Assembly: GCF_009914755.1 (NCBI RefSeq)
Contig: NC_060938.1
DNA from: the human T2T-CHM13v2.0 reference genome, Homo sapiens
Strand: one strand, 5' to 3'
Length of the DNA stretch: 64,000 nt
Part shown: positions 27,859-52,004 of the stretch, one piece after another
Layout of the letters: each line of letters opens with the position of its first letter
How positions within the stretch are numbered: position 1 is the first letter of the stretch
Made by a program: the position numbers and the translations under genes
The notes under the pieces: model-generated
The model's input: the letters and a program-made list of their open reading frames with translations, nothing else
Told to the model about the DNA's origin: nothing
The model's database searches: none

Positions 27859-30800
27859 GCAACATTATGTGTGTGCTCCCCTTGTGTAGTGATTCCTTTG
27901 TAGTGTTTGCCTTGACATTAGATTAAGTGTTCCCTTAAGCAGAAGCTGAATTTTTTGTTATTGAGTTGCAGTGAAGGATGGGTGTGAATCTCTGCAGGGT
28001 TAAACATTTTTACATTAACCTTTCCTTTTTATTTTTATCAAAAGTAATATATGGTTACATGTATGTGTGCATGTGTGCACACACTTATGCAGAACTTAGA
28101 ACAGTTCCCCACCCATTCTTCCCTAGTTTTATCGCATTTCCCAGAGTTAGCAACATGTAAAGAGTTTTGTTTTTAATTTTTTTGGTGATTGCCTCTCTAA
28201 GTCTAAATAATAGCTTTTGGTTATCTATTGATTTAAGAGATTATCTATTGACTCTTCACTGCAGAAGGTTAGCAAAAGCTCAGCTACACTAATCCCTCCC
28301 CTTCTTCCTTCTAATATTCATTAGTTTATATTCGATTGTCCTTTCATTGATTATTTTGTAATTCTAAATTAAATACATATAAACATTTAATTTTGTTCCA
28401 TCAACTTTAGTCAGTATCTTTTTATCTTCTGCCTTTATTATACTAGCGCTTCTGTTCTTTCACCTTCCTTATTCCTATTTCCTATAGTCTGTCTGCTGTA
28501 CCTTTACATTGTCAGATTGACAATATTTACTTTCTGTTTTATAATTATATTTGTTTGTTTTTATCCATAGGTTGAAGCCAAAAGTTGAAAACTATTACCA
28601 TTTATAGGATATAACTGTAAATATTGTTCACTGAAGAGCTAAGTAGTATACTGAGATCCCAGAATCATCTCTATATATGCAATATCACATCCTCTGTGCC
28701 ATGAGAAAGAATGTTCCTAGTATTCTAGCATTCTGTTTTCTGTGTTGAGTGTTTTAAAATCATGCCACATTCAGTTGGCACACTGGCATCTAAACACATA
28801 CTAAGAAAGATCAGAAGTGTCAATGAAATTGCATAGTGAATATTCAAAAAATGAATGACCTGCATGGGCAAATAATACAAAAAAAAAAGATCAGAGGAAA
28901 ATGATAGAAAACACAAGAAAGACAAGAATTTCAAAATAATAAGGGTACATTCCCAATGGCCAGCTTTCTGAGAGTTGAACTGTATTTGAATAACTCATGT
29001 CCCTCAACCCAGATCCAAAGATAATATTGCTGCTGCTGAAACCTGGGCTCTTTACTATGACCAGAGTTTATTAATTGTCCTATTTCATTGAGGAAAAAAT
29101 GCAAAACAGAACACTGGAATGACTAGCTGGAAATATTCCACTATTTCATGGGAAGCAGGTTTCTAAACGATTCCTGTGGAGGCCAAACTCTTGCTCTCGC
29201 CAAAATATTATAGCATTAAAGTGTGCCTTGATGGTACATTAAGGAAGAAATTTTCCCCGAATTTACTTAAGATTTATAGCCTTTCTGCTCTCACAAAACG
29301 TAGCATTGATTTCTTTAATATCAAAAAAAGTTTCCTAAAATAAACTGCTAATGATTGCTTTCAGTCATTTGTTTACTTGAGGTCAGTCATGCCAAGTACT
29401 GTTTGTATCAATTCTTGTAAAAGACTCAATTAATTTTGTAATTGTCATAATTACTGTTATTCCTGTTCTGTAGGAATATGCTATTAATGTAACTGGACAT
29501 CACCACATCTTATTTTTGTATCTCTCAAAACATCTTTCATAAAACTTTGATGGTAGGAAAGAGCTGAAAAAAAATCTCCTGTTAGTAGACCAAGTAGTAC
29601 TTCAATTACTAAACACCAGAGAAAATTAAAATTACACCTTAAATAAAACCAACCAGATATTTGGTAGAGAAAATGGAACTGTACAAAAATATGGTTTTTA
29701 AAAATAAAATTCTACCACTTGTATTATATTCATTATAGACTATTGGAAACCGTTCCCTGCCAAAAAAAGAAAGAAAAAGAAAAAAGTTTGTGACCATTTG
29801 TAATTCATTTTAGTCTTTTTATGTATTTTTTTCACCTAAAATAATATGGGCATTTAAATATTTTAAATATAGTTTTAAATGGCTACATATTATTCTATCA
29901 AAAATACCTACCATAATTTATGTAACCACTTTCTCATTGTTGAGCATTTAGGTTAGTTTTGTTTTTCCAGTTGAAACAATACCCCCTGAGTATCTTTGCA
30001 TATAATGATTTCTCTTGATTTTAGTTTTAAGACAAGCTCTTAGGGGTCAAATGTTTTAAATATTTTAAAGGTTCATTGTTCAAATTGCATTTCAACAGTC
30101 AATACCAGTTTACACTGTTTTCAGCATTTTAAGAAATTGCCCAAATGACAGAGCAGAATTTTAAAAGTATTTCCCTAGTGTTGATTTGGTTTATATGCTG
30201 AGATGCTGCAGATTTTTTGTTGTTAAAAAGTGAGTATGTGGAGATCAAACATTTGGCTGACTGTGTACACATTTTATTTAGTAAAGCCTCAATGTTAAGC
30301 AAGAAGCCATTACTCATATTCATGTTGTCTCAGGAATGGAAAAGTGCTTCTAATTTTTGCAACAAAAGAAGTCTGATGGCAGTGACAGAAAGGAATGACT
30401 AGCTAGATATGCTGACCGGAAAGCTAGAATTAGGATTTGACCATTGTAGTCAGTCTCCATTTAAGAGCCTAATGGTTTTTTCTTCTCAATTTGGAAGTTT
30501 GCTGCATTTAGAGATATTCTTATAAAACTAAAAAAAATAGACCCAGAGAGCAAGTTTGAGGTTACTACAATGTATCCCATTATTGTCAGAGTTGCATTTC
30601 AAACTGTCTTCATTAAACTGTTAGTTTGATTACATTTTCTCAAACAGTAACTGTTGTGTTTTAATTTTTTAAATTAAAAATAAGTTTTAAATTTCAGGTA
30701 ATTGAAAGACCAATTCTTTTTGGAATCTTTCAGTATTATGGTTTTGGTTCACAGCGAAGGTATTTGCTTGCTACATTTGCTAAATATACTATCTATACTT

Positions 30801-30893
30801 CATTTTGTTGCATAAAAATAAGACATACTCCGGTTAGCCTTTTTGATGGGTATTACCTTGATGACTTGCTCACTGACAGAGAAACTGATGTAA

Positions 30894-34197
<3,304 letters not shown>

Positions 34198-35959
34198 AGA
34201 ATGTACATATTTAATTGTAATATGAAACGGATGCTGAAAATGAACACCGATATTTCTTTAATCTCATGCCTCAAAGTGACATATCAGAGATGCTCTGGAG
34301 ACTTGGTTCATATAATATGGAACAAAATTACCTTCTCAATGCCAAATTAGAAAATGATATGTACATAATTTTCAGGTTTAAAATATATATACCAAGGCTT
34401 TGGGATGTTAAATATAAGGAATGTTGCCCATGTATAACATTATCAATTAAGCTTAAGAATATTAAAGATTTGTTGATTAAAATAATTACTAATTTTTGTG
34501 ATAGCTTTTACTTTAGAATATGTGATTTGAAAAAAAAGAATGTTGACATTTCACATAGTTGGAAAAAATTCTAGTTCTTAGTTTTGTAACTTAATTTTAT
34601 GTTCTAAAATATGTCTCAAATCCACCCTTGTAAAATTATTAGTCTTTTATTATTAAAGCATAAAGTTTGCTACTCATAAATCAAATTATATATCTCAAAT
34701 TCAAAGCTAAATTGCCCTTGTGCATTGTTTAGCAGTATGTAAATACATTTTAGAAAAGGGCTGTATCATTCATGAAGTTTCCAAATTCGTTGATCAATTC
34801 TGATAATAAAGTTAAAATTTTTGTTCTTAATTAGTAGATCTCATTATTTTTTCAGCATTCCACTGATTTCTTTCTAACTTTGTAGTAATGATAGGTAAAG
34901 ACTGTATCTGGCTTAAAAAATGCTTATTTTTACATACATGTAGGTCTTTGATTATGAAAGTACCGAGGAGTTCTTTTGTTTATACAGTGGCAGTTGAAAG
35001 AAAACCCATGTATATCTTGAGAAGATTTATTGGAACTAGCTTTGAGAAATGATGAGCCATATCTTTAACTCAATAAAAGATATGTATTGCTGTACCAAGC
35101 CTTGGTATCTGCTATTCTCTTTAGTGTAAGCACTTTTCAAACTATAGGATTATACAAATAGTAGCATCACTAGTTAAAACATAAAGCTATATGATCTAAA
35201 GACATAGTTTTGGTTATTTTTTGAGCCATTTAATTTTCATCTTTTCTGTGACCACATTTATTAAACATGTGACATGAAAATGGAATACTCTTTTATGATG
35301 ACAAAAGAAAGTATATGCCCAGCCAATTATGGGATAAGAGTATTATTTTTTGTGAACACATTATCATCATTCTAGACACCTGGAGAAGTGAATATCTCTG
35401 AAAGTATCATACATTTATACTTTAACTTTATTTACATATCCAGTTTTCAGAAACCATTGCCAATGAAACATTTGGACAATGTGGTATGCAAGTACTGTAT
35501 AGTAAGAAGTAGGGATGTTCTTGAGTAATTGTTCCATTTGAATTAATCCAGCATGGGTAGTTGTTAGACAACCATGAAATGTGCTAAGCTTTACCTATTC
35601 TAAGAGGACTCTATTCTTACAGACCATAAGCGTTCAAAAGTTTTCCAAGAAAAAAAGGTTACTTCTTTAAATTTAGTCTGCCCATTCAAAAGCTACAATA
35701 AGGCAGGTGGATTAAACTGCTAGGAGTTGCAATGTTAGTATTGAGAGCATTTAAGCAATTTAAAATCTTTCAGAATGCCTAAGATCACAAATTTACCCCT
35801 GATCAGCCTACACAGATTAACTTAAAATACATACAGAGAGATGTCAGATAGCTAGAGGGTCATAAATTAGTGACCAAAATTACATCAATCTGCATGTTGA
35901 CATTGTTTACCTTATATTGATTAGAAACTTTTGCTTAGGAAAAAGGGGAAATAACTTTT

Positions 35960-42038
<6,079 letters not shown>

Positions 42039-42462
42039 GGAAATAACTTTTAATATGTACAGCTTGAGAGAAAGAATCTTTCAGAAATGAGATATATTAG
42101 AGAAACATAATAAAAGAATCCTTGGTGATTTTCTTAAAAAGTAAAAACCGTCACTACTGAGAAAAAGACATGTTTTACAAAGACATCTGAAAATCATAGG
42201 TATTGTGGCTTATGTTTTGGGATGGAAATGAAAGATTTGATGAAAATTACCAGAGATTTTTACATAAAACAGCTGATTAAGCCCAACCATCCTTTTTAGT
42301 GTTGCCTTTATTTGAGGATGTTAGGGAGAATTTTCTCATTTTGTGTTTAGTCCTGATTGGCCTGGATCATAAGAATTATACTGTATTTAGTTTGTAGTAG
42401 GACCTGCTCTTCTCTTTAGGACCTGACACATAAATAGTTTTGTGTAAAAGTGAACATTGTAA

Positions 42463-42633
<171 letters not shown>

Positions 42634-43611
42634 TAAAAGGAAACTAAAGTGAGAAAAGAGAGAATGATAGGAGCAGGCAAAGAAAGAGAAGTCTTTGTGT
42701 CCTTCCTAAAAATGCATCAATACATTTAATTCAATGCTTGAATCTTTTAATATTTTTCATCCTAATAAAGTAGCACAATGACTTGAATGACTTTAAAAGA
42801 GTAACGATGACCTGTTTTAAGTTGTATTAATTTTGATTATGTACTCATATGAGTAAACCCTCATAAAGACAAGAAAAGAAAAGCAACATCGAATTCAAAT
42901 TGTAGCATGGCTATTTACAAAACCAGTAATCAGAAGATCATATCACTTAAGAATTGAACATTGCTACAAGATTATCTAGCTATCCTCTCATTTATAGGTG
43001 AGGAAATTAAGGACCAGAGAAATTAAGGGACCTATTTGTCAACTATTATATAAAGCCAGTACCACATCCTAGAACTCTAGATCTACTGCTTTTCTTACTC
43101 AGAATAAGAGAAATAACAGCAGTATTTATGGGGCACCCACTTGCAATAGGGATACTACACTAGTTTAATAGGTAGAGAAAAATAATTGTCTTCCACCAGT
43201 AATCAGGAGTTGAACGTTACTGTTAGTGCTATAGTATATATATTTTTTAATTTCTGAAGAACTACTATACTTCTAAAATTCATATTCATTTTGGCTCCAA
43301 ACAGGAATTCTTTTGTTTGTAAATCTGTTGTTTGTGTTTTTATGTTTTCGATTGACAAATACAAATTGTATATATTTATTATGGACAACATGTCATTTTG
43401 AAATATGTAAACATTGTAGAATGGCTAAATTGACCTAATTAATATTTGCATTACTTCACATACTTACCATTTTTTGTTTTATTTTTATTCTAAAAGGATA
43501 CTCTATCTGTAACTGGCTAAACTAACTTCTGAAAGTGAGTCTGGAGGAAATATATATAGCTATACAATGGAAAGAAAACCTGTATTTACATTCCAGTTAA
43601 CTTTGGTGGAG

Positions 43612-43910
43612 TTTTTTGTTTTTGTTTTTTCAGACAGAGTTTCGCTCTTGTTGCCCAGGCTGGAGTGAAATGGCATGATCTCAGCTCACCACAACCTCCG
43701 CCTCCCTGGTTCAAGCGATTCTCCTGCCTCAGCCTCCTAAGTAGCTAGGATTACAGGCATGTGTCACCAGGCCTGGCTAATTTTGTATTTTTAGTAGAGA
43801 CAGATTTCTCTATGTTGGTCAGGCTGGTCTGGGCCTCCCGACCTCAGGTGATCCACCTGCCTCGGCCTCCCAACGTGCTGGGATTACAGCGTTAGCCACC
43901 GCGCCCGGCC
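43612..43910 (-). mobile_element. Alu (AluSp-like)
   Basis: GAGTTTCGCTCTTGTTGCCCAGG...ATGTTGGTCAGGCTGG...CGCGCCCGGCC; TSD-like TAACTTTG. Confidence 0.92.
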
Positions 43911-46112
43911 CTAACTTTGTTTTTAAAGTACAAAAAGGAATGCTTAAATCATATACTATATAGCATCATGGCTTGGACCTTAGTAACCTGAAACTTAAAC
44001 AAAACAGAATATGTTACTTGAGGGTAAAAGGTTTTGTTAATCTTCCTTAGTAGCAATGTTTCTGTTCTAGAGGATTAGGATGTTTGGTGTAGCCAGGGAT
44101 CAGTTTCCTCCATCTAGTTTAAACAAAGAAGAAAATATTTTTTGTATGAGAAAATTCCACAATTAATATAACATAACCTATAAACATAACTCTAAGTATC
44201 AACACTGACATCACTGTCATTTCATGTTCATATTTCCTGCGTTGCTTGTATAGCAGCAAAGTTTAAAGAGTAGGGACTGCTGAGAGTCTTCTTTTCCTAA
44301 ACCTCTTAGAGTAGTTGTGTTGTCATTTTAATACATGCACCAAAAAAGTTCATAGTAGGCAGGAACACTAGACAAAGCATACTCTGAATGAGGAGTTGTT
44401 GTTTGGTTGCTTGTTTAAATTTTCTCCACACTTCCACAGTTGGGTTGAAACTTAACCATTTCCTTCTATCCAGATGTTATATAGTTATAATATGGGATAA
44501 TATTATGATAAAAAAATTTTTTGAAATGTTTTGAACTTGTTAAAGATTTATTTCAATGTCTATAAATTGGTATTTATTCACCAGACAAATATTTATTGAT
44601 CAAATACTTTGTACCATGTACTGTGCTAGGCATTAAAAATATAAGTAGGTAGGCAGGTGGGTAGATAGATAGATATTCTAGCTTTCAAGATATTAAATGC
44701 TTAAATTCAGCCAAAGAATGAAAGAATAATCATCAATAAGTTAATATTACTGTTTTTTGCAATATATTAATTGAAAATAAAACCAAATTTCATGTATACC
44801 TACTACTGACAGTAGGTATCATTTGTACTGAAGATAGTATACACAAGTTCAAAATAGTCTTTTCACAAATAACTTCGACATTTTGGAACTAAGTTTTACA
44901 TAGGCTGAAATGCAGAATTTTTTCTGGAGAGCGTTCAAGTGGCAATCACCACATCTCCAAAGACACTTTGCCAGATTTTCATATCATTAGCCCTCCTCTG
45001 CAAACCTCAAGGCTCCTAGGTCCTAATAACTTAGATTGTTTTCAGTGTAGGCAAATGCTGTGCCACTGATAGAATTCCTAACAAAGATGGGCATGAAAGA
45101 TTATCTGTTCCCAATTCATGTAGAACTGAATGATTCTAGACAGCTAGTCAGCTCCAGGCATACGTTGGGGTTCCGATCCATTAAGACTTGAGTGATTGAA
45201 AGGCCCACATGGAAGCACAGTGTTTTACTGTTTCCTCTAAGCATATCTGATTACCTTGAGTTCCCCAGGAATCTCATCAAAGATGATAAGCTAACAAGCC
45301 TACAGACTGAATTTAGTCCTCAGGCACATTTTATATGGCTCAAATATTTTTTATTTTTAACTGATTACCAACTAAGCATCATTAAAGTATGAAAAAATTT
45401 CATTTCTGACTTTCTTTGAAAAATCAGATCTGGCTACATTGGATCCACATTCTCACATATTATCAACTGGCCAGAGCTGAGTAGCACCTGCCCCATTGAA
45501 GGGGGAGGAATTCTCCAATATCCTACAGTTCTTGCCAACTCCCATTGTCTTATATTCAGCTTAATTCACATTATTGAGTTTGGAACATTTTGCCTATATT
45601 TTCAGGGTTTGAGAGTAATTGGGCTCTAGACTTTATTAATCTCTGGGACTGGGATGCTCAAAGTCTGGGATGCTGATATAGTCAGAAAACTTATATCATT
45701 TCCTTTTAGGCAATATAGCATTGGCATAGCACACCCAGCCGGTCTTTTTCTACTTATTTAAGCAGTGTGATAAAACCAGCAAGAAGGGAATGAGACACCA
45801 CTCCCACACTTTTAATTTTTATACTTGATAATCATCGATTACTAGCTTTTAACACTTTTAACAATTTAAAAGTGACTGCCAAGAAAAATTTCAAAAACTT
45901 CTTTATAGTAACTTTGGAACTATTAAAGAAATACTTTTTAATGTGATGATTATTAATTTTATGTATTTCAAATGACTGGCAGATTTCTTTTTAGTTTCTC
46001 CTCACAACTTCTGCATCTGCTTTTTTAGTAATAGTTACTGGATTTTAATAAAATACTGATCCTTTTATATTGTTTCCCCTTCTATCTTCTGAATATTTCT
46101 GTTCTTTTACAG

Positions 46113-46152
46113 TTGGTGGTGGCAGGCACCATAATAATTCAGAATATTGGAG
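46113..46152 (+). CDS. SLC38A6: SLC38A6 exon 5
   Basis: ttttacag|TTG...GGAG|gtaagc; LVVAGTIIIQNIG; 40 nt. Confidence 0.95.
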
Positions 46153-49100
46153 GTAAGCAATTGCAAGTGCACTGTTTATACATAAATGTGATGGCAATAA
46201 TGTCCTTTGAATTGTTATCTTACTACAGATCTAGCTGGGAACTTCTGTAGACATAGCTATCTTCAGAAGCCTGTGTGTTGGCCTCTTTACTCTTTTTTTT
46301 TTTGGATCCTTTTTAGCAGCACTTGTGACAGTAGCTTCTAAATTCAGTTTGAGCTAAACCCTGATTGCAGTCGTGTTATTAGGTCTGCAACACACCTCTA
46401 AAACATTGGCTTTCTGTGATTCTGAAGGTAGGATACAGTCTGGAAAAGCTCTCCTGGTGATTTTAAAATATTTTCCCTCTACTTTTGTTCTAATGACCCT
46501 ATTGGCAGATACTACTTTAGAGGGATTAGTGTTCCGTGGGCTGTGAACAAGCAAGTATGGACAACAGTGTCCTCTTGTAACCAAGAATTTAAAATGACCA
46601 AGTGGTTTAAAACATAAATAAATCTGAGATAAATAAGCATTCTCACATTTATCCTGTATCTTGTTCCTATTAATAACCAATTCTAGAAATGATCTCAATA
46701 TTGAGAACTATGTAGACATAAAACTACTGTTAATTATAGACAGTTACTGAGTAAATGTATTAAACATTTAAATCCAAAATATGGGTATCATGTGTGTATA
46801 TGTTGTAAAGAAGTTGCGTAGTGCTGAACAATATCTTCGTTTTCTTTTATCATTGACTGGAGTGCTAAATAAATGCTCTTAAAGGAAAATACACAGAAAA
46901 GGTTGACATGTACTTTGGATCTTATACAGGATTGTATAGTCAGAGGACATTTTAATCTTATTTTTTACATGTAACAGTTTAATTCAAAGATGACAGTTTT
47001 AATAAACTTCAGCTCTCATAATCAAGAGGTCTGAGCTATATCACTTTAAGTATTGTTCAATCAAATTCCATCGTTAATAGGTTTTTTTGGTTAAGGAAAA
47101 ATTGACATTCCACCAGTGAATTGTGCTGCCATTGTTTTAGAATCCTGTTTTAATTCTTTGAATTTTCATGAAAAAATATGAATAAAAAGAATGCTTTCTT
47201 GCATGCCATACCAAATAATTTTCTCCTAACACACACTACTTCACACTTCACAGTAGAAAGTCAAGAAAACCAGTCTCTTCATTTATGAATTTATTATAGT
47301 CATTGATTTTAAGATCTATTTTGGAATAATTTATTTAGCAACTAAGTATTGCTTAACTGTGCACTGATAATGTTTCTGAATATGATGTATATTTTTATAT
47401 TTTTAATCCCTCTTTATCCTCTCTGTATAGATTCTAAGAACTATCACATATTGTTTAGGTTAGATTGAACCATTGTTTAACAGTTTATGTAGACTGTTCA
47501 GTTCAGCAATTTAGATCCAAATTTGTGACCCTGGCACAAGGCCCACTGTTGTATTCTTTGTCCCTTTCACCTTGATTCCTTCCTTGTTCTCTAATCTTGT
47601 TTATAACTGTTATTGGAGATGGCTATACTGTAGCACTTGGCTGCTACTAGATTTAACTTCTCTGTATGTATGCTCCTGTACCCCACTATATTGTTAAGTT
47701 CCTTTAGCTCAAAAGTATGCCTCATTTCTCTTTGTACTCCCAGCACCTATTACACCTGGGAATTGATAAACTTGTTGAGCAGAATAGAGCTGAAATGATT
47801 TGTATAATCTCTTTCTAAGTACTTTAAATATTCTAGATATATTTATCAAGAAGAGAAAAGGGAAATGCTAGACTGGCATCTAGCTTCAGGTATTTGAAAG
47901 ACTGAACATGAAATATAAAAAAGACACTAGACTAATTCAAGTATTGTTCCAGAGGGCAGAACTGGTGCTAATGTATAGAAATCTACAGAGAAGCTGTTTT
48001 GGGTTTTCTTATTCGGAGTACCCTTGTAACTAAGCTGTGTGATAATGAGGATGGCCTACATCCCTTTGAAAATGCTCCTTAGCCCTGAAAACATTCAAAC
48101 AGAGCTGGTTGGTCAGTTGCCAGAATTCTAGAAAGGATTCTTGCATTTGGAGGTGGATAAATCATGAGTTTTCCCAACTCTTAATTTTGTTGGTTTGCTT
48201 GCTTGCTTATTTTAGAACTTTTTTTTAAAAAGGTGATTTAGAGTGGTCACAGCAGTTTTTAATGTCCCTTAAATTTAGAAAAGCTAGTAATGCTTATTTA
48301 GTTTTTAGAATGATATCCTCATGATTTTCTTCACATTGGTTAAAAGTGTATTAAGTGCCCAGTCAGTAATAACCAAATACATATTTTCAGAGTTTTTTCT
48401 GTCTTTTTTCGTAGCCAGATGTACATAAACCATTTCTTTATTATAATAGAATTGGAAGCTTGCTCTTGTGAGCAGAACACTAGATTGGAAGTCAGATACC
48501 TTGAATTCTGTCTACTCCAGTCTCTGCCATTGGGTAGCCATGTGTCTTGTGGAAATCCCTCACTCTCACTGTCTTGGCTTCAGTTCCCTCTTTGTTAAAT
48601 TGTTGGACGGTAGAGTGGGAAGCAGGGAGTTTAAGGTCCCTTCTTACCCCAAAATTTGAATTCAAATTTGGCACATTGGGAGGCATATTAATTATTTTAA
48701 CGTATTAACGTATTTTATTACAGGAAAGTTCAATGCGAGGGTTATACTTGGTTCAAAAGATGATTTGGCCCTTTCTTAGGTATCTTTAACAAATCAATAA
48801 CTATTGCCCTAAAAGCATTCATGGATGCTATTTTTTGTCACTAAGCAAAAGGGAACTTCAGTTCTTAGGACTACCCTTTAGAACCTCCTCTTAGGTTAAA
48901 GTCTAGGAACCCTAGCCTTAAAAAGTAGTTTCTTGATTGATATATACAGAATCTGTGGAACTTCTAGTCCATGTATGCTTGCAAACAACATACTTATTTG
49001 GGAGGATATTTAATATACTGTGTCATTATATTAAATAAGTATATATATATATATACAGTTTTATTATAATAAATAAGTTAATCGTACAATGACCAATGTT

Positions 49101-49860
49101 ACTTCATTAAAATGGATTTTGATTATTTTCTTTATTAATTGGAAATATATTGGATATTTAAAAGATTATATTAAGTGTAAATCAGATTGAATTTTTACAC
49201 ATCTTAAGTGCCTGTCTGCAAATAATGTAGTTCAGATAACTTTTTTTTAAAAGAATGTTTGTTAGTATAAATTATCTGACTTTTGCAGTGGTTGTTTACA
49301 TTAAAACTGAAAAATAATGTAATAGATTCTATTTAGGTCAAGCACTCTACTAGATACTTTAATTATAACAACTCTTCAATATAGATATTATCTTCATTTT
49401 ATAGAGAAGAGATCAGTGTGCAGTGGAGATAAGTAGCTTGCTCACATTTATCCCATAATGAAGCTTGGATTCAAACCTTGCTCAGTTGGCCTTTATTCTT
49501 TCTGCTATGATATAGCAAATGTTTGAAAAATGTGAAAAGATTAAATGTTGAAGATTTTCTAACTTCTTGGGGACAGGAACTATGTGTTTTTATTTGTTTT
49601 CCTAACTTTACCTAGTTTCTGAGAAGAGCTCAATAAGTAGTATTTGTTGAATGAATTGGACAGTTTTTAAAGTTCTGCTTAAAAGCCTAAGATTTTGCCT
49701 CAAAGAGACAATTGAATATACTATGTAAGTGATAAAAAAAGAAACTTGAAAGACCATAGAATGACTTCTAGTTTAGAATTATATAAAAATTTAAAAGTTC
49801 AAAATACTGGGGAGAGTTAGATCTCATTTATGTAAAATGGGTTAACAATATATTGAAATA

Positions 49861-50135
49861 GGCTGGGTGTGGAGGCCCACGCCTGTAAGCCTAGCACTTT
49901 GGGAGGCCAAAGTGGGAGGATTGCCTGAGCTCAGGAGTTTGAGACCAGCCTGGGCAACATGGTGAAACCCAGTCTCTACTAAAAATACAAAAAATTAGCC
50001 AGGCCTGGGGTTGTGTGCCTGTAAGTCCCAGCTACTCAGGTGGCTGAGGCAGGAAAATCGTTTAAACCCGGTAGACGGAGGTTGCAGTAAGCCAAGATCT
50101 CGCCACTGAACTCCAACCTGGGCAACTGTCTCAAA
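49861..50135 (+). mobile_element. Alu
   Basis: GGCTGGGTGTGGAGGCCCACGCCTGTAA...GGAGGTTGCAGTAAGCCAAGATC. Confidence 0.9.
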
Positions 50136-50157
50136 AATAATAATAATAATAATAATA

Positions 50158-50190
<33 letters not shown>

Positions 50191-50195
50191 TATAT
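50135..50195. repeat. Compound microsatellite (AAT)n(AT)n(AC)n derived from the Alu tail
   Basis: AATAATAAT...ATATATAT...ACACACAC...ATATAT. Confidence 0.9.
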
Positions 50196-51985
50196 GTAAA
50201 ATATCTATTATTTTCAGGTTAAGAAAATCATATCTTAATGTTTCTTAACTCTCTTATTCTTTGTAACATTTAAATACTTCTCAGTTTTCATGAGATACAA
50301 TTCCTGTGGTGAATCCATGAAAAAAATTGAAATGGAAGGCCTTTAAAAGCAAAATGACCATGGATTGCCCTTGATCAATATTTGTTTCATGTGTCTTTCG
50401 CCAAAGACCCAGTTTATTTCCCACATTTCCATATTCCATAAATCAAATTAATGTGCTCATTTATTTACATCCCTAGTACTTAGCACATAGTATACATTTA
50501 GTAAATAACATTTATTATAGGAAGAAAGAAAGGACTAAGAGGGGAGAGGGGGAAAAGCTAGTGACCTGGCTTAGTACTCCTTCAAGAGCAAAAAGAGAGT
50601 TGATTGACCAGGAAGAGAAAGCCCAGTATATGTAAGTGAGCATATAGTTTTTAGGAAAGCGTCTACTGTTAGAACTTCACAGAAAATCGTTTTTCTCCCC
50701 CAAGATTAATCAGGCACCAAGTATTAGTCACAAGGCTCTAGTGTGGTCTGACAAATTGATTGAAAAAATCTACTGTCTGTAAATCTCTAAATTTTATAAT
50801 GGAAAAAAATGCAACACACTAGATTTAACACTCTTATTCTAAGGTTATAGAAATCCTTGGCTTTGGAAATTTGGGAACCATATAGTAAATTACTACTTAA
50901 AAGCAATTCCTGATATCTTCCCAATACTAATGAATAACAGGCTCAACATTGGCTAGAGCCAGAGGTAACCCTCTGCAGCCCATTTCCTCAGGTGCTGGAG
51001 TAGCATTTGTTGAGAGCCACTGCTACTGGGACCCAAAGTCAGAAAAGATGTGTCTGGAAGTTTTAACATTTAATGCTGTTATAGGGGACAATTCTGGCTT
51101 AGAGAGTTTGAATTTGGCAGCCTAACTAAAGATAAAAGATTAATAACTGTAGTAGAAAGTAAGTATAAGGTAGTTTTCACATAGTTCCTGTAACAGTGTT
51201 GTATTATGTGATTCTTTTCTTAAAAACTAAGGTAAGTAGTTGGTTTCACATTCATTTGAACTCCTGAAGTAAACCATTCAGTAGGCTAGAATTATCACTA
51301 GAAATCAAACACTACATCCCAATCATCTTCTTAGTCAAGCCAGAAAAAGTCTTATTAACTCTTACAAGCACATGATAACAGTGAAGTCAATTGATGTTAT
51401 TTCTGGTTTCACAACTTGCCCAATTCAAAATGTGGAAAGATGAGTAGCTCCTAGGGGGATGTTATATTCTTATTTTGCTCTTATAAATATGAAGGATTAC
51501 TATGAATAGCATATGCTTTCCTTAATTCTTCAAAGCCCCAGTTCTTTAAAGGAGATTAAAAATTTAATCATTACTACGTTTTGTGAAAGGAAAACCATAA
51601 ACATTAGTAGTCTTACTGAAACCTCCTGAAATTGCTAGAATGACCCAGATGTTTCAGTCTGGCACAGAATCCACACACCTTACTCTTGCAGCCTTTATTA
51701 ACACCTCAGTTTGGTAATCTATGGACTCGGGTAACCCCATTTCTAAATCTCAGAAAGGTATAAATAAGATCATTTTCAATTGAGAATTATAAAAATCTCA
51801 AATTCTCAGTATTTGAAAAATTCACAATATTAGATGCTAGAAACTACTTGGATTTGCTTTCTTCCTGTATATTCATTCATGCATTTTATTTATTTACTTT
51901 TTGGTAGGCTAGTAAAGTACTAAGAGTGTTTCAGATATACTAGTTTGTATTGTCTCTTGGGAAACTAGGATTGGGCGCGCAGATA

Positions 51986-52004
51986 CATCGCCATCTGCTG
52001 GTCA
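51986..52004 (-). promoter_or_regulatory. Candidate CTCF site
   Basis: Minus strand TGACCAGCAGATGGCGATG fits the CTCF core CCASYAGRKGGCR; adjacent retained CpGs (GGGCGCGC) in otherwise CpG-poor DNA. Confidence 0.65.

Noticed and set aside
48652-48669. 18-bp perfect palindrome AAATTTGAATTCAAATTT
   Set aside because: Very AT-rich and isolated; no supporting context for function
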